Positions 49,231 to 61,912 of a stretch of DNA of 64,000 nucleotides are shown piece by piece. How positions within the stretch are numbered: the stretch's first letter is position 1; every line of letters starts with the position of its first letter. The notes under the pieces are model-generated. The model ran no database searches, was not told where the DNA came from, and saw only the letters and a list, made by a program, of their open reading frames with translations. Source of the stretch: Lingula anatina (Eukaryota > Animalia > Brachiopoda). The translations under genes and the position numbers were made by a program. The DNA lies in NCBI GenBank assembly GCA_051362555.1, contig CM120644.1:21288534-21352533 (forward strand), in the 5' to 3' direction.

Positions 49231-50389
49231 AACTAATTGTGCTTTGCCAAAGATCACACAGGTGCAGAACAGGAAAGAGAGAAAAAACACAAAGATTGAA
49301 CTCATATGACCACTGACTTGATTTTTAAAGAGACAATGTCTGAGATTTTGCCTGAAGGAAGAGACTGTGATTTTATAGACTTGACATGTAACTTATGAAA
49401 AGCATCTTACCTGACATTAACAAGGGTTTCTGGTTTAAAATTCAATTTAATGAAAATATTTTTAAAAATTGAAATGAGGCAAAAAAAGACTTTACTAGTA
49501 GAAAAATGCCTTGACTCTAGGAATAAGTGAAAAGTCATAGGACTGTTGATATTTTTTCTTGATGTGAATCATGTAACAATTGATATAAGACACACTTATT
49601 AATGTTTAAATACAATATTATAACATTTTATAAAAATTTTCTTTGTTGTCTTTTTGTATTATTTGTTGGGTTATTGTTGGACTGATGTTGGTTTTAAGTA
49701 GAACCAACGTAAATGCACTGTTGGTTACAGGTTGGGAAATTGTTGGACCAATGTTGGTTATTAGTTGGCCCAATGTAGGGCCAACGCAGTTTGGTTGGGA
49801 AATCGTTGGACTGACGTTGGTTATTAGTAGAACCAACGTCAATACACTGTTGGTTACAGGTTGGGTAATTGTTGAACCAATGTTGGTTATTAGTTGGCCC
49901 AATGTAGGGCCAACGCAGTTTGGTTGGGAATACGTTGGCAATGCGTTGGCATTAAAAAGACGTTCAGCCAACCGTTGGCCAAAGTGAGCACTTAGATGGA
50001 AACCCAACGTTGGGCCAACGTTGCACGGTCAACCAAGGCAACGTTGGGCCAACGTTGGCCCAACGTATGCTTGCTATCTGGGAGTCCACCCCCTCCCCCC
50101 TCCAGGCTGTACGTCTCCATACAACCTTTCTCTGGTCACTTTCATACAGAAGTGAGACACCTCTTTCTACACCACGAATTAGAGTATTAACTCTCAATCC
50201 CGAGCGTCCCACAAATAATCTCAAAGTTTTTAACTAGGGGCGCTGTAAAAACACATGTCCCAAGGGGCCCAGCCTTGGATCGTGTTATTTTGATTAGAGG
50301 TAGTTAAACCAAGGTATGAGCTGACCACCCCCAAACATTATTCCCTTTTGAGATTTTTATCGTCGGAGAGAATTGAACCAGCACGCAGT

Positions 50390-51185
50390 GAAGATGGCCA
50401 AGGGACACACCAACAATGGGCAAGAAACAGATATCCAGCCAGGAACGGAAATGCATACATTTTCTTGTTATTTGAATAAGTGCAGTATCTATCTTTGGAC
50501 AGTGCTAAGTGCCTCAAGCATGGTGCTTTACAAACTGCATTTGTCAAAGAGTCACTGTACAGGACATAATATATTGCAAAAGACTTCAGATATTTCCCCA
50601 TTTTTCCAGGTGGACTAAAGGATATGCCTGAGGAAACAAATGCCATAATTCCAGACAGATTTACTGATTTGCCTGAGTGGGACATAACATTCTTCCAGGG
50701 GATTTAATGAAGCTTCTGAGGAGGCAAGAGCCTGGGATATCGATACAAGTTGTGGGATCTTCTAAAACAGAGTTTGGTGAGTGATCCATACTTAAGTTTG
50801 AAATTAGAGAGGGATGAAGCCCTGCAGAGAGCTGAAAAGAATGTTCAGATAATGATGGACTGTGCATCATGATGACTGGTATTTCTTGGGCTCATTTTTC
50901 TCTACTGTTTCTCTTCCTAGCAACCATATTTCCAAATGGGAATACCAAGTCTGCACTGCCCTTGAAAAAAGAACTGTTTTTAACATTGTTGAGGTACAAC
51001 ACTTCTTTTGATTTAATGGGGCATTTGACAGGTTTGCCAAAATCAACAATCATTGACCATTTCTGGAAAATCATTGACGTTCTAAATGCAAACTTGGATT
51101 GGATGATACAACCTCAAGACAGAGAGGGTCTTTTTACCACCAGTGTTCAAAAGGAAAATTTTCAAGATTGACATGTATAACCTCT
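50390..51185 (+). pseudogene. ISL2EU/Harbinger-type (HTH_Tnp_4) transposase remnant
   Basis: MMTGISWAHF...LPLKKELFLTLLRYNTSFDLMGHLTGLPKSTIIDHFWKIIDVLNANLDWMI...DREGL, truncated before the DDE core; broken upstream region. Confidence 0.7.
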
Positions 51186-51719
51186 TATGACAGTAGATGA
51201 GGTAGAGAAATCTCTTACTACAGTGTATAATTAATGTAAGCTTTTTCAGCTTTGGGTCTTTACATTTCTGTCTATCCTTTTATAATGATATAAGCTCATT
51301 TAGTCAGAGAACAAGGTAAACTATTTCAATGATAATGTAAAACTACTCCACCTTTGGGTCTTTGCAACGTTTTTGTTTATCCTTTTTCTTACACTTTTGT
51401 ATGTACTGTGTCTAATTTTCAGTATTTTTTCTTGTATTTCTATATTTTAAGCTACACTTTTCTAACTATTATTTATTTTATTTTCTTTCAGTTTTATGTT
51501 TGAATTTGGAATAAACAGAATAAACCAATTTCTAAGACAGACACATGTATCTGTAGATCTGTAGATGGATATATTATTTGTTTTTTAAATACAGTGAACT
51601 ACAAAATCTTTTTTGAAAAATGCTGAAAAAATCCAAGTCAAAAAGACTTCTTCTCTTGCTGCAGTTGATACCAATAGTTACATTTCTTGTTTATTTGAAT
51701 ACTTAGCCTGGACCCTTTC

Positions 51720-52112
51720 TGGCCCAAGGTGCAGCAGGGCCACACAATGGTCAAGAGCAACCTGTGCCTGTATTGCAGTACTGCGATTGTAGAGGGGTAC
51801 TTGTTAAAATTATGGACAAACTGGAGGAACACAATAAGAAAATGGACGATATACAAGAACTCATGAATGACAAAATAGTAGAGCTGAAGCCTTTTTACTA
51901 CTACTATAAGAATAGACCCGACAAGGAATATTGAAGGATCATCCAAAGGCCAAGGCAAATGCGCGCCGATGGACGTTGTTAGAGTGGGGTTCATAAGAAA
52001 TACTGTCCATACATTTTACCCCAATCATAGGGAAAACAACTTTTGGAGCAAAATGGTGACTACCATGAACACAGCCAAAAGGAATCTTAGGAGTTTTAAA
52101 AAAAAGTTGTAA
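51720..52112 (+). pseudogene. Coiled-coil plus BEN-domain-like gene remnant
   Basis: VKIMDKLEEHNKKMDDIQELM, then in another frame LFT...RNIEGSSKGQGKCAPMDVVRVGFIRNTVHTFYP...FWSKMVTTMNTAKRNLR*, resembling a BEN domain C-terminal half. Confidence 0.5.
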
Positions 52113-53589
52113 TCTTTGTTGGCCATGTTGACTCATTTTAACAGCATAAATGAAATGATTACCTTCCTCTACATTCAAATTTTGACAATTGTTTGTAATA
52201 ATTTTAGTTGCAAAAAAACATTTATTTCATTTCATTTTTAATTTAATTTTTGTTACTTTAATTTTTTTGATGCCGTAACATTATAATGATTCTTTGCATG
52301 ATTCTTTAGATGAAGAGAATGAAAAGGCACCTGGTCCTGTTAGATCTAAATGTAAACTAAATTATAACAGAGACAGGGCACACAAATTGTATATAACAGA
52401 AACAATAAACAATTATTTTTTGCAAAAATGCATTGCCTTGAATAAAGTAAATAGGAACATTAGGACCCACTACAAAAATTAAGTCTAATTATGTTTATTA
52501 TCATATGTATATACCAGTGACACTTGGGAACAAGGCCAGTGAGCAAAACTGAAAACAGCAAGCAGCTTTTCAGGACTATTAAGAACAACATTAAGTCTAA
52601 CTGCACCCTTCTTGCTGAAGCCTGCTCTGTCCATGCTTGTAATAAGCTAGACCCTGTGCTGACAGAGATAACTGCTGCATTTCCATTAAGTCCCATCCAG
52701 AGAAACCTTCCAACCAGTCAACACCAGAGGTCATTACATCAAAACAGACAGCATTCAAAAATGGGGACAGTCATCTTTGTAAAGCTTACCAACTCCTGCA
52801 CCAAAAGGCAACTAAGATGGTAGCTCTGGGGCTTTCTGACTTGGACCGGTATGACGAAACTGAGAGTCCGATGTGATACAGACTCAGGGACTACCAGATT
52901 CAGAAACCAGATGCAGTAAGATGCAATATGCCACCACTGCTGTGAGTATATTATGATACTACTGTAATATGCTAGTTTTATACAAACTTTTGGATACATT
53001 TATTTATCTTAATTATTATTTTCCAACATCCCAGCTACCTTGCTTTATAAAAATTATACTGTGAAATAAAATGAACTTGAAAAAAAGTATGATTTAAACA
53101 GATTATACAAATTTATATAACCTAAATGCACAAATTTTGAGTGATACAGTGATAATTTCTTTTTATTCTTTATCCAGATCACAGAGGAGATTGCATGGCC
53201 TGAGCAACAGTCCAAACACAAGAAAGTTTTTAAAAATGAAGATAAGAAGACACCAACAAAATAAACGTTACTACAGCGGCAGGTAAAAATCCATAAATCC
53301 ATGAGGATATTTCCTTAATGACGATAAGTGTTGATATTTTCAGTTGAGATGGATGATAAGAGATGGTGGGAATAGAGAATGTTGACTGCACTTATGTTGG
53401 AAAAAATGGAAAAATGGCACGTGGGTACTTCATTTATTGATACTTGTTTAAGTTGTTTTAAGAATGGCTGTGGTTGAGTTTTTTTAGCTCCTTTATTACT
53501 ACTAGTGAAGCCATGGAACGTGAGGTACTGCATAAAAATGCAGAAGGCAGCAGGATTGCCAGTCACTGCCTACTCAAGATGCCACTTAA

Positions 53590-56085
53590 GGCAACTAATA
53601 GGGTTAACTACTCTTTAAATCATGTTTTTGAGTTTTTTGTGTGTTTATATTAATCAAAAAAGTATCTTACGTTGGATGTAATAATTTTTTTGAATTTGCA
53701 CTGCAAAATGTGTCTTTTGATGATTTTTTTAACCGGCACGCGCCTCATTCAGGCTGAAAACTAATTACGCCACGCCTCTGTTGCTAAGGGCCGTTGCCAT
53801 GAGGGGGGCGGAGCATAGGTAATGAGTTATAAGCCGATTACGTGTGCAGTAATAGGTCATAAGTCTTACATCAGCTAAGCAGTGAAGAAGTCGAGTACGC
53901 TATGGGGAAGAGAAAAGTTCGTGTTAAAAGGTCATTTCGAGAGGAAAGAAAGAAAATTTTGAAAGAGAGTATGCGCGGCGGTTGGGGAAAACCGGTATTT
54001 GTTTAGTCGGATGACGAGAGAGAGTATCTACCTGGAGCGAGCGCTCGTAAGATTCTGAAGGACTTAGAACAGCCCTCGGAGTCTTCTGACAGTGATCGTG
54101 AGGAAGAAACAGTAGCTACTGGGTACAGGCTTTGGCACAGTGGACAGTTGTTAGAAAGTGTCAACAAGTCGTGTGTTTGTCGTGTGTGTGGCGGTGACGT
54201 TGTGTTGGTCGAAAGTAAACAGAAACGGCAAGGTTGGGCATGTCAAATGACGTGGATTTGCACCGTTTGCGGCGGTATTCCGGAAGAGGGCTGGACCTCA
54301 ACTTTGAGGAAGATGGGACTCTTTTTTGAAGTAAACAGGGCGAGTGTTCTCGGAATGCGTGCAATCGGAGAAGGCCACACTTCTGCAGCAAAACTAAGTG
54401 GCTACTTGTCTATGCTGCCCCCAATATGTAGCCATAGCTGGCTGGAACACACTCAAGCTCTGGGGGACAAATCTCGCGAACTTGCAAGTGAGAGCATGAT
54501 GGCAGCTGCCATTCGGGTAAAAAAACTGCTCCACGGAAGTGATGTGGACATTAATGAAGTAGTAGACTGTGGAATCAGAAGTGGCAAACCAGAAGAAATT
54601 CGAAACATGGCTTCGTGGCGGCGATCTCTGTTGACACAGGTGAGGTGCTCGACATACACTACATGTGCACAACATGCAGAACTTGTGAGTTTTAATAGCA
54701 AGCCACACACTGCCACAGAAGAGATAGAATTTCATTTGAAACATTTTGCTCAGTGCCCTCAGAATCACGACGGGTCGGCACAAGCCATGGAGGCGGAGGG
54801 CGTATCAATTCTGTATAACAGATCATTGGAGATGTATAACCTTCGATACAATCCCTTTGTTGGCGATGGGGACAGTTCGGCGTTCCCGCGAGTCCAGAGA
54901 GAGAGCAGCCATACGGACCAGAAGTCGCCCTGGTGAAGGAGGAGTGTGTTGGTCACGTACAGAAGAGAATGGGATCCAGACTAAGAGTAAGACGATTAGT
55001 CACAAGTACCAAAGGTAGGCCTATTGTATATTTCGAATATAATATTATTCTAGTAGAAGAATACGCATATAATATTTTTATAAGTACATATTTACAACTG
55101 AGATTATCTCTCTCTCTTTCTTTATAAATTTTCTTAATGATTCTAATTAGTACCTATAACTGTTCGTCTAAATTCCATAGCCTCTCCTGATGTCATTAGT
55201 GGAATTCCCAATTGCAAGTACATGGGAGCATAAATTAATATCAGTGAACTGTAGTTAATATCTTTACTGCTTTAACAAATAAAAGTAAAATAATATATCA
55301 CAAATAATTAGAATTCATTTTACAGTATTGGTAAATTGTTTTTTTTTATGTGTAGGTATGAAACTAAGTGATGGGAAAGGGTACAGGCTGGCTCACAATG
55401 GCACGCATTGATTCAATGCGGACTTTTTATGGCCTGGCAATCAGAAGGAACCTGCAGAACCTGGAGGGCATGGTCAGGGAGACAAGAGCCATTCCCATGC
55501 ATTATAGTGAGGAAGCTGATCACAATTTGTGTCCTCAAGGTAAAAAAAAAGCCTCAGCCCTTTTGTACATAGATTAATGGAATATAGAAATAGTTTTACA
55601 TGTATTTTTCTATAAATATTATTGGTTTAAAGATGTGTAAAAATGCTATTGGTAAGTAATATGTTTATATATAGATATCTGGATTTAATATATGGGTAAA
55701 CTTACTTACAACAGTTACAGAATGTCTGGTGTAACTGAGTCTTTATAAAGAATTCAATACAAATCAAATTTTTGCTACTTAAAGGAAATAGTTTTCTCTG
55801 CCTTCCTATCAGTTGTCCATTCATATTTTATTTTACTATTTTTTTTTCATTTTAGGAGAAAGTAGCTGGTGCAAATGGCATGTGGACAAGGCTTGTGGCA
55901 CGGATACCTATCGCATGGTGGAAAAGCCACTGCCCCCCGCTGTCATTGAGGCTATCCAGCCGATCATGGATGATCTGTCTGATCCAGTGCTGTTGCAAGG
56001 ATGCCTTCGGGGTTTAACACAAAACCAAAATGAGTGTTTTCATTCTACTGTCTGGAACATGGTGCACAAGGACCAGTACCTTTGA
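53590..56085 (+). mobile_element. Kolobok(-Hydra)-like DNA transposon remnant (Mutator-like transposase domain), intron-containing
   Basis: TTAA|GG left end at 53586-53590; ATG 53902; CxxC motifs, WQTRRNSKHGFVAAISVDTGEVLD, FVGDGDSS, KEECVGHVQKRMG, FYGLAIRRN, TQNQNECFHSTVW; exons ~53902-55014, 55356-55538, 55857-56085; stop, frameshifts, first catalytic D deleted. Confidence 0.75.
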
Positions 56086-58404
56086 AAAAGGCCTTAAAAC
56101 TGTTGATATAATGATGTTGATTTGCCCATGGGCTAACAGACAAATATGACAAAGTTGGTGCATCCCAGTTATATTTTATGTAAAACAGTTTCTACAAGTG
56201 AGTGGAATGGCCTAGGTACTTGAAAAAGTGCTTTTTATTACCTAGGTATCATGTTATTTATTTTTGGAAAATCAATTGCTCAGATCAGCATAGGTTGTTT
56301 TTTCTAGTAATTTTATTCTGCATTTTATGCGATTAACCTGTTCATTGCCAGAAGTGAAAAGACTCACATTATGTAGTTTTGGTGTCTATACTTCACTAAA
56401 GTTACAGACATTGGCGCATGTACAGCTCAAATAAAAGCATCATGAAATCTTAAATATTATTCGTCTTTCTTTTTCCTTTCTGTATACCTAATAAATGGGT
56501 GAAAGAGTTAATCGAATCATCTAAGTTAATTGACAGAAGTATTTGTAAGAAAAATCGATAACTAAAAAAAAAAAAAAATAAAAAAAGAAGATCTGTTGTA
56601 TAGGAGAGTAAGGACTTTCACAAATCAGGAGGAGATGAGAAAGTGGAGTGAAAATGCAAACATGCACGGAGGATGATGTAAGTGTTCATGTGCAGACTTT
56701 CCCACTGCTAAAGAAAAAAAAATCTTTTTGGGAACATTAAAAAAAGAGAAAATAGTTCATCACATTAAAGAATACATCTTGTGCCATTTGGTCTTAATGC
56801 AAATTGTTATTGTAATCTCTTTTAACAATGTAGGATTTTAAATATTACTTTTAGATTGCAGTTGCAGAGTGAAGTGTATCAGTTGCCTGCAACTGATGCA
56901 GAAATGGAGTCAGGACAAGTGCCACAGCCAGTCTTACTACATGAGCCTCAAATCACCTCTTCCCCCAGATATCGTCTATTGCAGATGTCTTACAGACAAA
57001 AAGAATCAAGTGGAGTTTATCCATTTTATTGATATTTTGATTAAAATGCACTGATCACAATCCGTGAACATGCAATAATTTAGGAAAGTAAGTCTAAACG
57101 GGATGGCAATTCTTGCCGTGCATTCACAGAGATATTTTTGATAAAAGCAAGTAATATTTCCATTTCCTTAACTGAAATTAGAAATAAGGAGTACCAAAAG
57201 GGAACTTTTTTGTAGATGACGAAGCAAATCTAATCTAGAAATACCCATATTCAGCCAAATGGCAAAAGTAATGTACAGTGCATGCATACTAGTAAAATTT
57301 TACTACTACTGCTACTGTATCCATGGTTTCACACAAGGCATACATTATAAAAGATCAAGATTAAAACTGAAAAAAAAGATCCAACAATAAATAGACTGAA
57401 ATGAGGCCTGTCACTCCACCAAACACAGCAGGCACTGCTTCACTTCCCCCCCCAAAAAAGAGGAAGGCCAACCAAGGCTCCAACTGCACCTTTGAGACCA
57501 CTTTTGCCCCAGCCACCCCTTCTTGTTTTACACCTGCCTGTGACAACAGTAACTAGTACTGAACAGATTTCTGTTTCTAGAGTTCCATACTCTGAACAAC
57601 ATTACCGGAAGAGGAAGAATTTGACGTGATACCTTTCATGATCTTCAGTGAAATCATCACAGACTGCCACCGTGGACCTGATAGAAAAAATGCAGTCAAG
57701 GCGAAAATTGCTGCTGTGAAAGCTGACAAGGTTGCTAAAATATATATGTTATAGGGCTTTAATTTTATTAACATTGGTGTTAAAGCCTATTCATAAGGGA
57801 TATAATTTGTTGCATGGGAGGGGGAAGGGGGACAAAAGACAAAAGCCTATAGCTACTAGTGCTAAATTTCATTTTCAGATAAACGATCAGGAGTCCGACT
57901 TTGTATTTTCAAAATGCCAGAACTCCCAAGTGTCCATGAAGTTTAGATGTCCCATGTACACACGCCTTTTGGAAGTGGTTAAATTTCCAGAGTACAAGGT
58001 AAAAAATATAATTTAATATAATTTACGTATGATGAAAATGATTTTCTTATCCCACATGTATTTGTCTTTACTGTTCATGTGACAACCTCCAGTGATTTGA
58101 CACGCAATTATCTATTTCATGCTCGAGGACTGTGGGGTTTTTTATCTGAAGATTTATTACTCCCTTCATGTCCACCCTCGCCAATGACTCTAACACCCAT
58201 TTTGCCTCCCTGAGAAACTCAGCATCGCAATTCTTCAAACCAAAAGAGAGTCCAATAAAGAAAATGTTAATTGTGGAACCAAAACTGCATTATTCCTTTG
58301 GTTTGATGATTAATACTAATAACTAACTTTAGAGAAATTACCTGGTATATGTGCTTTCGCAAAATAAAACAAAGAAATCATGTTAAATTATGTTTTTTTT
58401 TCAG

Positions 58405-58806
58405 GGATCTCCAAAAGGGGTGCAACCAAACTTGGAATCTTTTCAGGCCTGATGAATGCAGAATTCTGTGTTAAAATTTTGAAAGACTTCCTTCTTCCAT
58501 TCCTAAGTGAAACTCTCATCGCTTTTTTCAAAACAACACCAAAACCCACACAAGCCACTTGACCAAAGAATATTTTTGGAAGAAAATGGTGTCGACTGGA
58601 CCAAGACCCCCCTGAAAGCCCCAACTTTAACCCCACTGAACTGCTCTGGGCTGAGATGAAGCATCACCTGAGGAAACACCAAACCCAAAAGAAAAGAAGA
58701 GTTGGCTGCAGGTCTAAGAGACTTTTGGAGAACTGTGGACAACGAGAAATGTAAGAAATACCTTCTCCACCTGAGAAAAGTCATGCCAGTGGTGATTGAA
58801 CAGTAA
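58405..58806 (+). pseudogene. Tc1-like transposase remnant preceded by an intron acceptor (TLEWI/L31-like)
   Basis: ttttttttcag| then GISKRGATKLGIFSGLMNA...KTPPESPNFNPTELLWAEMKHHL...FWRTV...CKKYLLHLRKVMPVV; frameshifted. Confidence 0.8.
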
Positions 58807-59252
58807 AGACTGAGTTATTTATCCACAAATAGGTTATACAAAATTGAAATTAAAGGTTTCGTGCCAGACCATCAGAATGGCTTGAACAGATCACATTCTT
58901 CAGAAAACATGTCCTGCTAATGATACGTATCTTTATGCAAAATACACAAATTAAAAGCTCATTTTGTAAAAATTAGGCTTTAAAAAATGTCCTTTTTGCT
59001 CAGTCGGGGAGTTAATGAGCTATGTGGTCACGTGGTCTGATGATGACATACAGGCCACCAGAGTAGAGAGCCAAGCAGGTTAAAGAATTGAATAAACAGG
59101 AAAATGGCTTCACACGGCTTAAAGAGGTTTTAGATTCCTCGGGTAAGAGATTTGAATGTGTATGTACTGTTATCAGGAGTTTGAAAAGACAATGCAGCTC
59201 AGTTGAAGTGGTGGACATTTATCTCTCTTTATTATTCAAAAATATATTCCAG

Positions 59253-59420
59253 GTGTTTGTGTTGTTCATGTCATCCAATGTCTGATGGACTAGAATGCAT
59301 ATGTTGTCATGAGCTGAGCCCCATAGAAGACAGACTAGAAAATGAAAATTGCACCACGCATTGCACATGGCTACCTTCACCAGTGTGTATCTTAACAGAG
59401 ACATGATTGAAGCTAGGATC
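59253..59420 (+). pseudogene. P2X7 ballast/nanor-like (KolX-like) Cys-rich fragment
   Basis: After acceptor ttccag: CLCCSCHPMSDGLECICCHEL...CTTH / FTSVYLNRDMI matches the C.C..C..M....EC.CC.E...C..H..F..V.L pattern. Confidence 0.65.
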
Positions 59421-60000
59421 CAAAATAAAGAGGATAAGACAGTGGCTCAAACTTCAAAGGGAGTCTCCCGCGGCACGCGTCTCATGATGCCTTCGGGTTG
59501 GTACGGCGAGCCTCGTTTTCAAATGACAAGGTAGCTTGTCTACGGCAGAGTGAAACGAAGGTCCCGCTTTAGACGCGTTTTTTTCATTGTATCCGGAGAA
59601 TTTCGTCAAAAGACAAGAGGAGCTGATTAAGGAATATGCAGTGAAGCACCGTGAGTATTTATATTGCAGTTTGTAGCTTCAATAGACAGTAATATCAATT
59701 TCAATATCCCCGTCCGTTAGATTTGCAAAGATGGCGGGCAAATTTACACTGCCGTGCATGTTTACGCTCTCGTTGTTATTTGGCGGATGCACTTTCCGAA
59801 TATTTGTCAATGCAGAGTTATTCGGAGTACAGTTTTGATATGGCAACACCTTGTAATGTGGGAAACGAAATAAGTTGGATTGTAAAAAGAGCGTAGAAAT
59901 AGTGCCCCCAACGCCAATAATGGCGGAGCGATAGTTCTGGGAGGTAGTTTACCTATACAAAAAAACTTTACATGGGACTGGCTTGCTAATTTTAAACCCA

Positions 60001-60302
60001 CATCTATATTGTACGTTTTATAACAAAAGACGTTACGATGGATATTAGTGGATTAGAGTTTTTATTCCAGAGATATCAAGGACTTAAATTGCCTAATCAC
60101 TCTAAATTCAACATGGCCGAACGATGTAATGCCGCGGACCCCTTCTTTTAGATACAAATGCACACAAATATAACTGATATGTCTCATTTTAAACCTGCAT
60201 CTATATTGTATGTTTTGGGACAAAAGACGTTACGATGGATATTAGTGGATTAGAGTTTTTATTCCAGAGATATCAAGGACTTAAATTGCCTAATCACTCT
60301 AA
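60001..60302. repeat. ~105-bp direct repeat
   Basis: catctatattgta...gcctaatcactctaa at 60001-60104 and 60198-60302. Confidence 0.85.
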
Positions 60303-60442
60303 TGTCAACCTGGCTGAATGGTAAAAAACATGACCTTTTTCTTCATAAAAACATATATGTTATTTATTTTTTAACAATGTGGTCCAGAGTTAGTATAACA
60401 CTGACTGGTCGGGTACATAGTAATACATATTTCTTTCCTCAG

Positions 60443-61694
60443 ATGCCAATTAAAAAGAGAAAGAAGATAGGCAAGAAGGTTAAGAATGCCCAGGCCAAGA
60501 AATATGGTAAATCAGCAAAGATTTCCAAAGACACAACTACGTGTCCAGGGACAAATGACAACAGTGGTAAAGGTTTTTGCATTGTGTATTATACAAATAA
60601 CCAGGTGAATTTTATAAATGAAACAAAATGTTGCTGTTATATTCTTATTTAATCTGCCAGCTTGCAACCAGAGTCTTTAATTTTGGAATGCTGTGAATGT
60701 GGTGTATATTATTATTATCATCTTAGATGCCTGTAACATTAAGTTATTTATGATTATTATTAAAACTGGAGTTCTAAATGTTTCTTTCTTATGCAGAATG
60801 TGTCGTGTCAAGTCAACAATCTAGTGAACCTGAGGATGACATGTCTTTAAGCAGCCTGAAGGATGATTCTTCTGACAACTCAGAGACTCAACAGTCAAAT
60901 GGTGAGAATCTTTTACAATGAATTGCTTCATTTTGATCTACCTTATTCCCTACAACATGAAATTTTAATTCTTAAGGTGCTCCATATCTAAGTGAACTTC
61001 CATCTTATTCAATCATTGAAATATTTCATTTTAGATGTTTAATTAATTAAGATTAAGTTATAGATGTTTCCTCACCTCAGGTTGTAGGAATATTACTTGT
61101 TAATTTGCAGGTGTGAGTTATAAGAATGGAATTTAGAGCTTTAAATTTGTCTTTCTGTTCTTACATAGAGTGTGCTGTGTCACGTCAACAGTTCAGTGAC
61201 TGTGAGGATAACATGCCTTTGAGCAGTCTGAAGGGTGTTTCTTCTGACAACTCGATGAATCATGAGTCAACTGGTAAGTGATTGATATAATGGATTGGTT
61301 TATTTTAATTATAAAGTTGTTAACATTAAGTTATTTGGTATTATTAAAACTGAATTTCTAAATGTTTCTTATGCAGAATGTGCAGTGTCAAGTCAACACT
61401 CCAGTGAACCTGAGGATGACATGCCTTTGAGCAGTCTGAAAGATGTTTCTTCTGACAACTCAGAGACTCAACAGTCAAATGGTAAGTGATTGATGCAATG
61501 GATTGGTTTATTTTAATTAATGAAGTGGTTAACATTAATTTATTTGGTATTTTTAAAACTGGAGTTCTAAATGTTCCTTTCTTATGCAGAATGTGCAGTG
61601 TCAAGTCAACAATCTATTGAACCTGAGGATGACATGTCTTTAAGCAGCCTGAAGGATGTTTCTTCTGACAACTCAGAGACTCAACAGTCACATG
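60443..61694 (+). CDS. Putative N-terminal exons of the P-like transposase gene: basic exon plus four duplicated 105-nt acidic exons
   Basis: Exons 60443-60566 (MPIKKRKKIGKK...), 60797-60901, 61169-61273, 61377-61481, 61590-61694; all AG/GT and phase 1-1; repeats encode EC..S.Q.S..ED.M.LSSLK..SSDNS. Confidence 0.55.
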
Positions 61695-61912
61695 GTGAGA
61701 ATCTTATACAATGAATTGCTTCGTTTTCATCTACTTTGTTCCCTACAACATGAAATTCATGAAGTGTTAGTCAGTTACATTAGTTCACTTATGAATAATC
61801 TTAAGGTGCCATTTAAATAGTTTTATATTTAAGGATATTCTATAGAATTTTCCAGTGACACCTTTATAAATTTTATTGTTTCCAATAACACATATTTTCA
61901 TTTTTCATTTAG

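Larger units (their letters stand above)
45342..49233 (+). mobile_element. Helentron-associated non-autonomous element (HINE/DINE-like) carrying a satellite array
   Basis: 5' aactagagg, small hairpin and subterminal ttgtaccaccagc (45379-45391); 3' (cggcggagc)n and hairpin gtaccgccagcg-ctaa-cgctggtggtacaa, inverted relative to the 5' motif; central tandem array. Confidence 0.8.
43468..50082. mobile_element. Non-autonomous CACTA/EnSpm (CMC) DNA transposon, 6.6 kb
   Basis: Perfect 31-bp TIR cccagatagcaagcatacgttgggccaacgt / acgttggcccaacgtatgcttgctatctggg; 2-bp TSD ag (43466-43467, 50083-50084); subterminal acgttggcccaacgt repeats at both ends. Confidence 0.9.

Noticed and set aside
49618-50237. 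Overlapping ORFs with repeated WPNVGPT
   Set aside because: Translations of CACTA subterminal palindromic repeats
52520-52945. Exon-like Cys-containing segment (SWIM/MULE?)
   Set aside because: Donor present, but the frames are broken and no full zinc-finger pattern is visible
56085-56097. gccttaa as the right end of the Kolobok-like element
   Set aside because: Only 3 bp beyond TTAA match the left terminus, and the transposase is truncated here
57361-57774. Short minus-strand ORFs
   Set aside because: No recognisable domain or consistent exon chain
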